Source: Isurus oxyrinchus
Taxonomy: Eukaryota
Assembly (NCBI GenBank): GCA_026770705.1
Contig: JANJGN010000003.1
Span: forward strand, 230,640,001 to 230,704,000
DNA: 64,000 bases
Direction: 5' to 3'
Shown here: in pieces, positions 39,112-50,294 of the stretch
How positions within the stretch are numbered: the stretch's first letter is position 1
Layout of the letters: each line of letters opens with the position of its first letter
The notes under the pieces: model-generated
The model's input: only the letters and a program-made list of their open reading frames with translations
Databases searched by the model: none
What the model was told of the DNA's origin: nothing
Position numbers and translations under genes: made by a program

Positions 39112-40718
39112 CTGTGGAAGACAAGCAACACCAGTAATCCATTTAGTGAGGGATTGCTTCCCCTGACAGGAGAATCTAAAACTGGGTAGCCCAGCTTCAG
39201 GATAAGGGGTTAGCCATTTTGGACTGAGATGAGGAGAAATTTCTTCACTCAGAGTTGTGAATCTTTGAAATTCTCTCCCACTGAGGGTTGTTGGTTTTCA
39301 GTTGATGGGTATAATCCAGACTGTGATCAATAGATTATTGGGCGATAATGCAATCGAGGGATAAGGCGAGAAAGCGGATTTGATCAATCATGACCTTATC
39401 GAATGGTGAAGGAAGTTCGAGAGGCCTGTTCCTATTTCTTACGTTCAAGCACTTAGAGGAGCCTGGGCCTGTTTCTGTGCTGCAAATGCTTTGTAATCCT
39501 ATGTAGTATCTCTCGCTTTAATGCACAGAACTGAATCACTATAGATAACTCTCTCTGCAGGTGTTGTGCTCTTTTTATCAAACCAAGTCTGGAGAAAGCT
39601 CTTTTACAAAATAAACCAAATTCTTTTTTTGAAAACACAGTAATGCAAGTAAACATATTTCCAAACACAGCAAAGCCATTTTGATGCAGTCCTTTTTCAA
39701 CAAGAGAATTTTCGATCTTAAACGCGCTTTCTACACTACTTCTGCATAGAAAATTAAAACCTGGCATAGGAATGTATGTTTTGGTCATTAGGTGTTGCCA
39801 AGTGAACCAGTGTTCGTAAACCGTGAAGTTGGGTTCGGAGTATGGTGACGACATCTAGTGGCTTTTCATGTCTATGGCACCTCATATACATGTTTAAAAA
39901 TGTGACCGGCATCTCCTGATGCTAAAGCATAGGCACACTTCTGTCCCATTCTTCACAGGCGTGCCATTCACCCTCACGCCCACACTATATAAGGGACTCA
40001 GCCAAAATTACTCAAATTTGATGTTGGTTACAGACCTGATCACAATGAGGAATTTGCTGCACAAAAAGGCAAATTATAAAATGACAGAACAAGTTAACAC
40101 TGCAGCTTATTCTAATTGAATGGCAGGACAGGCACAAAGGGTTAAATGGGTGGAAGTACTTCCGCTCAATAAATTTTGCAATGCTGCAACCCTTACACAA
40201 GTTTAAAAAAAGAGACCGCTTATATATGCAGGGCCCCATATATTCAAACTGTCCAGGCTTTTAAACACCCAGAACAAGATCCCTTACGCTTTCGATCCCA
40301 AAATGATTCAAAGCAAGCCTTGCCGATGCATCAGCATCCTCTTAAAGGGAAGGCACACCAGAAAGAAACTACAGCAACAGGTTCAACACATTAAAACCAT
40401 ATTATAACCCTACAAAGGTTACAAATGAAGGTTATCAAAACATCTACAAACCACCTCCTCTGTAGAAAAAAAATCTACTGCAGCACTTGGGACAAAAACA
40501 TTTATAAAACATTTTTTAAAAAGTGTCAGTTATTGTTAAGTAGCTCCATAAAAGTTGTTTTTAATGCCATTTTAATTCATATAAAAACTTTAGCATGAAG
40601 ATAATAGTTGTCATGTGAATGAAATCCTCTATGCGTTAAGAGTAAGAGGCCAAATACTTTTACTTAAGTTTGGAGTAAGATATTTTTTACCCATAAAAAA
40701 CAAGTAGATTTATCTTAC

Positions 40719-40842
40719 TTTGCTTAAAGTGATGACGCAAGGTACATTTTCCACATTGAGACGAATGCAGTCATATGGATCATCTGAGAGCTCTATTTCC
40801 TTGGAACCTTCATCATCTTCGAGTACTCGGACCTTTGGAATT
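40719..40842 (-). CDS. EXOSC7: EXOSC7 exon 6
   Basis: cttcccaag|IPKVRVLEDDEGSKEIELSDDPYDCIRLNVENVPCVITLSK|gtaag; 124 bp; AAG acceptor. Confidence 0.96.
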
Positions 40843-41249
40843 CTTGGGAAGACAGAAAACGAAGTGGAAGTGATTAAAACAATCATCTTTCAGCCAACGT
40901 CTTTGCACCAGTGAGCTAAAGCAGTTCTTTTCCTAGCATACGTGGACAAGTCTCTGTCAAATCGTAAATTCCAGCTCTGACCTTTCAGCCAGTTAACACA
41001 ATGCTTCCAGACAAAGAGCAGGCGACCAGTTCATCCACACCAGCTCATTAACACAGCTTTTTAAAAGGCTGGAAACATTGCTAGCCACCAGCATACAAAC
41101 TTTAAACTATTCAGTGGATGGTATCAAATGCTGTTAACTTATTGGCTATCTATGGAATCTAATCCTAAATTAATCTCTCAGATTCCTATTGATATCAGAC
41201 ATTGTAAATTTATAATCAGCAAGCAGGAAATGTTGAATTACTGTTACAT

Positions 41250-42625
41250 TTAGTCGTTTAGTACAGAACTTGGGGTATTGCTGACATATGGAAGCTTTCT
41301 GTCTTGCACACATCAGGGCACTTTGCCAGAATACCAAAATAAGGGGAAAACAACAATTTACAATGCATATGAAGAGAGTGCTGATTCGTTGGCAAATGGA
41401 CTCTGATTGATAGAGGCGTTACCATGGTGAATGCACCAGTGATGGGGACAGTTAACTGCCAAGCATTGTTTGAAATGGTCAAGGCATTGCCTTGAGGAAT
41501 GAGTCAGCAAATGGCTGTCATTTATTTTGTTTAGCTGAAACAGGTACAGGGTGTACATGTTCTTTCTGTCTTCAAAGAACAGGGCCCTGTGCATTAATAC
41601 ATGTAACTTCCAGTATATGCAAATGGACCACACTGCAAGCCCAACTGACAATCTTAAATTGGTTATCAGCGTAATTCTTAGCACACTGAGGATTATTTAG
41701 CAAATATTGTCCAATCGCAGAATCACGTCTAATGTTGGACACTGTGTTTTGAGTTTTGCAAGCACGGGCTGTTTGGGTACAGTCTGTACCTTGGCTGTTG
41801 CGAACAGTGGCTGGGAGATGCTGTTTGATACACTCCGCTAGCCTTTGGGCCTACATACCTAGCATCTCACTTGTGCTGAAATTCATATACTATGTGACTC
41901 CTTTGTGTGATAGGTAGAACGTCTGTTTGGCTTGATGACAGCATCCTGTTAGTGGCGAATACCGCTCGTGTTGCTACTGCATTGTAGCAGCATGAAACAA
42001 CCAACTTCATCTTTTGCTCAAAATTTTGAAATACCTTGCCTTTCCAGGGTAATCTGATGTAGAATGGACAGTGCCGAAAATGACAGCATAAGGCCCGTTC
42101 ATGAGTTTGCATGATACACAGTGCAAAATGCGCTGATCAGGGTGGCCATTATCCCACAGGATGCCTTTGATGTGCCCTATTTCAGCATCAAGCTTGCATG
42201 GCGAGCAAATGGCTTGGGCCCTATTGACAAGGCTGCCAATAAGACCAATCTTATAGCGTGTGGAACTGTAAGAATCCCAATGCGTCTACTGATCAGTGAA
42301 GGTAGGCTTGCGGTAGACCATGGTAGAGAGCCCCGTGGCAGATTTCTCAACTAGTACGTCAAAGGAGGGGGGTTCATCTGACTGCTCCATTTCAAAAGTG
42401 AATTTGAGCGCAGGATGGAGCCCAGTAAGACATAAGGAAATTGTTACATGCAGTTACGGATTTAAATATAGCAAACGCCTCTACCAATCAGAGTCCACTT
42501 GCCAACCAATTAGCACTCTCTTCACTTACAGCACAAATTGTTGTTTTCCCCTCATATTGGTATTCTTGCGAAGTGTCCTAATGAGTGCAAGATGAAAAGC
42601 TTTGACGTGTCTCTTTTTTCAGCCA
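41250..42625 (-). mobile_element. Second Penelope-like family (Penelope/Poseidon-like), degraded, with inverted pseudo-LTRs
   Basis: Minus-strand peptide CPFYIRLPWKG..DVLPITQRSHIVYEFQ..DARYVG..IKQHLP (GIY-YIG region). 41281-41421 is the reverse complement of ~42474-42610. Both repeats contain a decayed hammerhead core. Confidence 0.8.
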
Positions 42626-43297
42626 CACTGTGATATACCTAAATTGCCTTTGTAACCTCTTATTTATTTTGTCAATTAACCCTGTTGTTACTAATTTTAA
42701 AACAGTTTGTACAAATAAAAGGGCGGCCGACTTAAATGCTGCCAGTTTGTAAGCATGGCTATATCAGAGAAAATCAGCTAAACACAGAGAGGAAGGTATA
42801 GGTTATTCTGATAGGGTAAGATGAAGCAGGGAGTGAACAACCAATCCTTGGCTTTGTGATTTGAAGTTTCTCTTGACAATTTAACAAAACAAAGCCAGTT
42901 AATTAATTCAATCAGTAGTTTGTGCTGATCCTGATGGGGGTCAATAGCGTAATGCAAACATAATCCCAAATGGGTGATGCAAGAAAATTCAAATGCCAAA
43001 TTTAAACCAAATTAACTTGCAGACATAAAACTGGGTGGCAAACCATGGGAGACAATGTAATGGTGGTGTCACTGGACTAATAATCCAGAAGCCCAGGCTA
43101 ATGCTGTCAGGACAGGTGTTCAAATCCCACCATGGTAGCTGGTGGAATTTAAATTCAATTAATAAATCTGAAATTGAAAGCTAGTTTCATGGTCATAATT
43201 ACTGAGACTATCATTGAATGTTCACCAAATTCCTTCAGCGAAGGAAATCTGCTGCTCTTACCTGGTCTGGCTTACATGTGACTACAGACTGACAGCA

Positions 43298-44984
43298 CAG
43301 TTTCACTTCCTCCAGATAAAAGGTGTGGCTATGGGTACCCGCATGGGCCCCAGTTATGCCTGTCTCTTTATGAGGTATGTGGAACATTCCTTGTTCCAGT
43401 CCTACTCAGGCTCCCTCCCACAACTCTTTCTCCGGTACATCAATGACTGCATCGGTGCTGCTTCATGTTCTCATCTGGACCTGGATAAATTTATTAATTT
43501 TGCTTATAGTTTCCACCCTTACATCATTTTCACATGGTCCATCACTGACACTTCCCTTCCTTTCCTTGACCTCTCTGTCTCACTTTCTGGTGATAGACTG
43601 TCCACCAATATCCATTACAAGCCTACCAACTCCCACAGCTACCTCGTCTACAGCTCCTCACACCCCGCTACCTGTAAGGACTCCATCCCATTCTCTCAGT
43701 TCCTTCGCCTCTGATCTGATGATGCTACCTTCAAAAACAGTTCCTCTGACATGTCTTCCTTCTTCCTTAACCGAGCTTTTCCACCCACGGTGGTTGACAG
43801 GGCCCTCAACCGTGTCCGGCCCATCTCCCGCGCATTGGCCCTCACGCCTTCTCCTCGCTCCCAGAAACATGATAGGGTCCCCCTTGTCCTCACTTATCAC
43901 CCCACCAGCCTCCGCATTCAAAGGATCATCCTCCGCCATTTCCGCCAACTCCAGCATCATGCCACAGCCAAACAAATCTTCCGTTCACCCACCTGGCGGC
44001 ATTCCGCAGGGATCGTTCCCTCCGGGACACCCTGGTCCACTCCATCACCCCCTATACCTCAATCTCTTCCCACGGCACCTTCCCATGCGACCGCAGAAGG
44101 TGCAACACCTGCCCCATTACTTCCTCTCTCCTCACTTTTTTAAGGGCCCAAACACTCCTTTCAAGTGAAGAAGCATTTCACTTGCACTTCCCTCAATTTA
44201 GTCTACTGCATTCACTGCTCCCAATGCGGTTTCCTCTACATGGGAGAGACCAAATGCAGACTGGGTGACCGCTTTGCGGAACACCTTCGGTCTGTCCGCA
44301 AGCATGACCCAGACCTCCCTGTCACTTGCTATTTCAACACACCACCCTGCTCTCGTGCCCACATGTTTGTTCTTGGCCTGCTGCAATGGTCCAGTGAAGC
44401 TCAACGCAAACTGGAGGAACAGCACCTCATCTTCCGACTAGGCACTTTACAGCCTTCCGGACTGAATATTGAGTTCAACAACTTCAGATCATGAACTCTT
44501 TCATCCATCCCCACTCCCTTTCCGATCACCCCTTTTCCAATAATTTATCGTTTTTAATTTTAATATATATTTTTCTTTTCCCACCTATTTCCATTATTTT
44601 TAAATATATTTCCATCCATTGTTTTATCTCTAACTTTTAGCCTTTTTCGATTCCTTCACCCCACCCCCACTTGGGCTATCACTTGCTCATCTTGCTTTCT
44701 ACCCTTAATGTCACCATTAGCACATTCCTTAGATAATATCACCACCTCTTTGTCCTTCTGTCTGTAACATCTTTGGCAATTTCTTCTCTGCCTCCACCTA
44801 TCACTGGCCCTTTATCTAGCTTCACCTGTCCCACCCCCCTCTCCCAGCTTATATTTCACCTCATTTCTATATTTCTTAGTTCTGATGAAGAGTCATACGG
44901 ACTCAAGACATTGACTGTATTCCTCTCTGCAGATGTTGTCAGACCTGAGTTTTTCCAGCTATTTTTATTTTTGTTATTTTTTTT
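43298..44984 (+). mobile_element. Penelope-like element (same family as 10107-11513), frameshifted, inserted in a SINE
   Basis: QIKGVAMGTRMGPSYACLFM..FLRYIND (RT core) and GIY-YIG NLVYCIHCSQCGFLYMGET. TSD ctgacagca at 43289-43297 and 44985-44993. Confidence 0.9.
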
Positions 44985-45383
44985 CTGACAGCAATGTGGT
45001 TGCCTCTTAACCGCCTTGTGGAATGGCCCAGCAAGCCACTCAGTTCAAGGGCAGTTAGGAATCGGCAACAAATGTTGGCCCTTCCTCGTGATGCCCACAT
45101 CTCAGGGAAGAATAAAAAAAAACCCAGATGAGAGTTACGGTAAACTGGTTAAGGATTAGTATGGTGCCCTTGATGAATATTTTTATATTCTATGAATATA
45201 ATCATTCTTCAGATGATTCCAGCAGGTTTTGATTACATTCCAAAAATACAGCAAAAATCACATTGCGTATTACAAGTGCGATTATGTTTAATAATAACTG
45301 GTAACTCAAAGTGCAGAAGGTTACTTCTGCACATGCTAATGGCAAGTTGCTTAAGGCCCAAGTACACGAAACCAATTCCTTAC

Positions 45384-45454
45384 CTCGTATTATGAAGTGC
45401 TGCTTTAACGGCAATGGAGATTGCATCAAAAAGATTTCCACCACACTCCAACAA
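45384..45454 (-). CDS. EXOSC7: EXOSC7 exon 5
   Basis: ttttttcag|LLECGGNLFDAISIAVKAALHNT(R)|gtaag; 71 bp. Confidence 0.96.
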
Positions 45455-46344
45455 CTGAAAAAACGGACAGCTTAAAGTTAACAAAAGTTGTACTTTACAG
45501 TCTAGCCCTTTTAAAATGTAGTCCCAGGAAAGCCATGCAAGGCACATCATCAGATTGTGTAGGTGGGGCGGGGGGGCGGAGGAGGGGGAGAGAAAAAACC
45601 TTAATTAAAATGATGGCATATTTGCCTTTAATAGAGGAACCAATGAACAATATTACAAAAAGTTAATGTACTGCACAAATGAACCAAAAAGCAGGGCAAA
45701 GCAAAGGTTGGGAAAACCGTGCACATCACAGTAAAAGTGGATAAATATGAATCCTCGTTTAGTGCCATTTGTACACCTGAGCTTGATATTTATAATAACC
45801 AAGTCAAACTAACTATATTCACACACGAAACATTGTACACGTTGTCAGTACTCTGTAATCCACTGCAGAAATAAAGGCTGCCTTTTCAAACATATTCATT
45901 GAAGAGTTATTTAAAAATGGTCAACCAAACGAAAAAGTGCAGGACTGACTGCAAAGTTTTTAACTAAAATGGTTGATCTCCAAATTCTGTACTTTAAAAG
46001 AAGAGCAAATCTGCACCTGAAGCAATTTAATGAAAAAATTGCAAGTTTTTTGTGGTTTTTGCTGATCAAAAAATTGCTAGATTCATAAACATACCACCAC
46101 TCAGTCTAGGTCTAGCCCAGCGCTGGTATAGAGTTTTAGCCTTTTTATCCAGAGATAAACATTTCACTCCGACCGTACCCTACCTTCTTGATAAATAAGG
46201 GGGTGAAAGGATATCTGGGGTGGGCGGGAGGTTACAGTCAGATCAGCCGTAATTTATTGAATGGGGGAGCAGGCTCGAAGGGCCGAGTGGCCTACTCCTG
46301 CTCCTAACTTGTATGTTACCCTTTCTCTATTTTTACTTGGGGTG

Positions 46345-46995
46345 AATGAGTCGCTGTCAAGACCACCATTTGTTGCCCATCCCTAATTGCCCTTGAGAAA
46401 GTGGTGGTGAGCTGCCTTTTTGAATCATTGCAGTCCATGTGGTGTAGATACACCCACAGTACTGTCCGGAAGGGTTTACAAGATTTTGACCCAGCAACAG
46501 TAAAGGAATGGCGATACAGTTCCAAGGATGCTGTGAGACTTGGAGGGGACCTTACAGGTAGTATTCCCATACATCTGCTGTCCATGTTCTTCTAGGTTGT
46601 AGAGGTCCCAGGTTTGGAAGGTGCTGTCGAAGGAACCTTGGTGAGTTCCTATAGTGCAGATGGTACACACTGCTGCCACTGTGCGTCGGTAGTGGAGGAA
46701 ATGAATGTTTAACGTGGTGGAAGGGGTGCCAGTCAGGAAGGCTGCTTTGTCTTGGATGGTGCTGAGCTTCTTGAGAGCATCATTGGAACTGCACTTATCC
46801 AGGCAAGTGGAGAGTTTTCTATCACACTTCTGACTTGTGCCTTGTAGATAGATGGTGGACAGGGTCTGGGGAGTCAGGAGATGAGTTGCTAGCTGCATAA
46901 TTCCCAGCCTCTGGCCTGCTCTCATAACCACAGTATTTGAAAGGGTGATCCAGTTAAGTCTGTTAGTGGTAATCCCGAGTATGTTGATGTTGGGA
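46345..46995 (-). mobile_element. LINE 3' fragment (family of 22855-25155)
   Basis: RAGQRLGI..LKKLSTIQDKAAFL..LHYRRTVAAVCTI peptide and the shared tail. Confidence 0.75.
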
Positions 46996-47773
46996 CTTCG
47001 CCCAGTATAGTCTATATATTTTAAAAGGTTCCAAAATTTGCTGGCTGTGTTATCCTTTTATTTAAATATTACTTCAGAAAATTAATTCTAGTGGTTGGAT
47101 GTGACAGCTTTGTGGTTATTATAATGGTTTATGCTTGTTGCACCGTTTATGTATGTACAGTATAAATTCTCCAGCTGGCTGTCCCTGGTTCTTTGAGACA
47201 GAAGTGTATTTTTTTCTGCAAAACCATTAGCTTGGATTACAGGAAACATCTTTTAATAGAATCAGTTACCATGGGAACACACAGGTTTACTCAGGGAGTC
47301 AGGGCTGTGAGCTAATCTCTCTTTCAGCTTTCTTGCTGAACCCATTGTGTTTTACCCAGTCAGGCAATGTGCTACACTGGCTTTTTTGATTGTTTTGAAG
47401 CAGGACTGTGGATCAAGTGTACACACATTCAGGGGTGGGTCACGGGTTATGCTACCACTTGGCAGCTGTTGTGTACACTCCTGGAGATTGCAATAAACAT
47501 ATTACATAAAGCAGGACACAGGCTAGTTCTCGGAGAGTCTAATCTCAATGCCATTTCAATCAGTATTTGAGGTGTCATCTCGTTAAACAGGCTATTTCTG
47601 ATCTTAAAAAGAGATAAGGCCAATATCAAAACTGTTCAACTCCTGGCAAACTTAGTTATACGGTGTTCCTTTTCTGCAGTTTTTAAGTATCAAATCTGAC
47701 ATCACCTAACAATTCCCATTTGATTTTCCTATATTTTATGAACATATCTCTTAGCTTTCTGAAGAAAACGTAC

Positions 47774-47939
47774 CAGTACATCTACATAGAGGATCCAGCA
47801 GTGTTCCCTGGGAGTAATACACAGCGTCTTCAACTCCAAAGTGCTGCTGTTATCAAACACTCTGTATAGGGTGTTGGCGATTTCTGTGCCAAGGTCGTCT
47901 CCTCCACGCCCTTCAAACTCAGGAGTTGCATTGGCAGAA
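47774..47939 (-). CDS. EXOSC7: EXOSC7 exon 4
   Basis: cgttag|SANATPEFEGRGGDDLGTEIANTLYRVFDNSSTLELKTLCITPREHCWILYVDVL|gtacg; 166 bp. Confidence 0.96.
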
Positions 47940-49275
47940 CTAACGAGCAAAGACACATTTAAAATAACTCATCAACATGGTGTGCAGATGCGATGAAAAT
48001 ACTGAATTTGTTTCATAAGTCAACTTGCTAATTTAAAAAGTGAGAGAGCTTCAGCTGATCCCAATTTTCATTTTAGTCTCACTTGGCAGTGAAACAAACC
48101 AACAATGGAAAGTGCTCCACTATTACCATCCAGTGGTTTATTCGTGGAATTACAATTCACATATGTGCACTGTATAATGCAAGCACTGTTTAATTCTTCC
48201 AAATCCTTTAAGCCATTATCCGACAACTTGTATTAATACACAGTGCCTTTGACAGAACAAAAAGGTGCTTCACAGGAACATTTGACACCGATCCACATAA
48301 GAACATATTAGGACCGATTAACCAAAAGCTTGGTTAAAGAGATGGAGAGGCATCTTAAAAGGAGAGGGAAGGGTACAGAGATGGAGAGTTTTAGAGGGAA
48401 TTCCAGAGCTTAGGGTCTTGGCAACTGAAGACACAACTGCTAACGGTGAAGCAATTCAAATCCAGGATGCTCAAGGGGCCAGATGTGGAGGAGTGCAGTT
48501 ATCTCACAGTGTTTTGGAGCTGGAGGAGATTAGGGAGAGGCAAGGCCACGGGTGAATTTGAAAACAAGCTTGCAATTTTTAAAAATTGAGGTACTGCTTA
48601 GCCGGGAGCTAATACAGGTCAGTGAGCAGTAGGATGATAGGGGAACAGGATTTGGTAGGAGTTAGAGCATTAGCAGCAGAGCTTTGGATGGCCTCAAGAT
48701 TACAGATGCTGCAAGATGGGAAGCTGGCCAGGAGTGTATCCGAATAAAGAAGTCTAGTGGCAACAAATCATTGTACATGGATGAGGGCATTTTTTTCTCC
48801 CTCTCCTGCTTCTCCCATTTTTTCAGACAGCTCCTTGCAGAATCGTTATAGCGTAGGAGGCCATTCAGCCCATTGTCTCTGCACCAGCTCTGTGAAATAG
48901 CAATTCATTAGTGCCATTCTCCTGCCTTCTCCCCATGACCCTGCAAATTCTTCCTTTTCAAATAACATTCTAATTTCCTTTTGAATGCTTTGATCGAACC
49001 TGCCTCCACAACACTCACAGGCAGAGCATTCCATTTCACTTGTTGTGTGAAAAAGTTTTTCCTCATGTCCCTTTTGCTCATCTTGCCAATTACTTCAAAA
49101 CTCTGCCCTCTCGTCCCAATCACTTCATGAGTGGAAATAGTTTCTTTCCCATCTGCTCTTTCCAGACCGTTGATGATTTCCAATACAAATTAAGTGGATT
49201 ATTATGGTGTTTGTTCAAGGTCTAGCACCAACCTCCCTTTATCCCTTTCAAACTTTTACTTGAGGTGCATCTTAC

Positions 49276-49370
49276 CAGTCCACAAAAAATTCTAAAAAGC
49301 CTTCATTTGGTCTCTCCAGTTTGGGTGTGCCCATTTCAGCTTTAACACCCACCAGAATATCCGTGTGACC
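49276..49370 (-). CDS. EXOSC7: EXOSC7 exon 3
   Basis: ttcacag|GHTDILVGVKAEMGTPKLERPNEGFLEFFVD(C)|gtaag; 95 bp. Confidence 0.96.
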
Positions 49371-49525
49371 CTGTGAAAATACACATTGATAAACAGGTTA
49401 GTTACTTCCCCAGTAAATCAACTCTGATGGTCATATTAAGGAGTATCAATAGGGCCTAGTAACAATTAACCAATGTGATTAACATACTTAACTCTTAATC
49501 CAACTCATTTTGGTCAATCTTCTTG

Positions 49526-50294
49526 TTCAACTTGGGGGTAGGCTTGGCCTAAATAGCCAAGTGGTTATGTTACTGGGTTTGTAACCCTAAGATCAAGAGT
49601 TCAAATCTCACAATGGCAAACAATGTAACTTCATCTGAAACAGATGGAAATGGGTTTGTACTCAAAAAAAGAGTTACAGCCAAATATCCTTTGGCTTGGC
49701 CTAAATAGCCAAGTGGTTATGGTACTGGGTTTGTAACCCCAAGATTGAGAGTTCAAATCTCACAATGGCAAACTATGAAACAATGTAACTTCATCTGAAA
49801 CAGATGGAAAATGGGTTTGTGCCGGGCTTGGCCTAAATAGCCAAGTGGTTATGGTACTGGGTTTGTAACCCCAAGATTGAGAGTTCAAATCTCACAATGG
49901 CAAACTATGAAACAATGTAACTTCATCTGAAACAGATGGAAACGGGTTTGTGCTCGAAAGAGTATCAAGAGTTCAACTTGGGGGTAGGCTTGGCCTAAAT
50001 AGCCAAGTGGTTATGGTACTGGGTTTGTAACCCCAAGATCAAAAGTTCAAATCTCACAATGGCAAACTATGAAACAATGTAACTTCATCTGAAACAGATG
50101 GAAATGGGTTTGTACTCGAAAGAGTTTCAACTTGGGGGTAGGCTTGGCCTAAATAGCCAAGTGGTCATGGTACTGGGTTTGTAACCCCAAGATCCAAGAG
50201 TTCAAATCTCACAATGGCAAACGATCAAACAATGTAACTTCATCTGAAACAGATGGAAACGTGTTTGTACTCAAAAGAGTTTCAACTTGGGGGT
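49526..50294 (+). repeat. Tandem array of five tRNA-derived SINE-like units (~135 bp each) in EXOSC7 intron 2
   Basis: Units start at 49541, 49693, 49825, 49987 and 50141 (GGCTTGGCCTAAATAGCCAAGTGG). Each has A-box TAGCCAAGTGG, a B-box-like AGTTCAAATC and a 3' hairpin CATCTG-AAA-CAGATG. The array is flanked by TTCAACTTGGGGGT at 49526-49539 and 50281-50294. Confidence 0.9.

Noticed and set aside
49526-50294. CRISPR array or cluster of functional tRNA genes
   Set aside because: Repeats are ~135 bp with short, partly identical linkers, there are no cas genes, and the context is a eukaryotic intron. Acceptor, anticodon and T stems are mismatched, there is a long non-tRNA tail and no oligo-T terminator.
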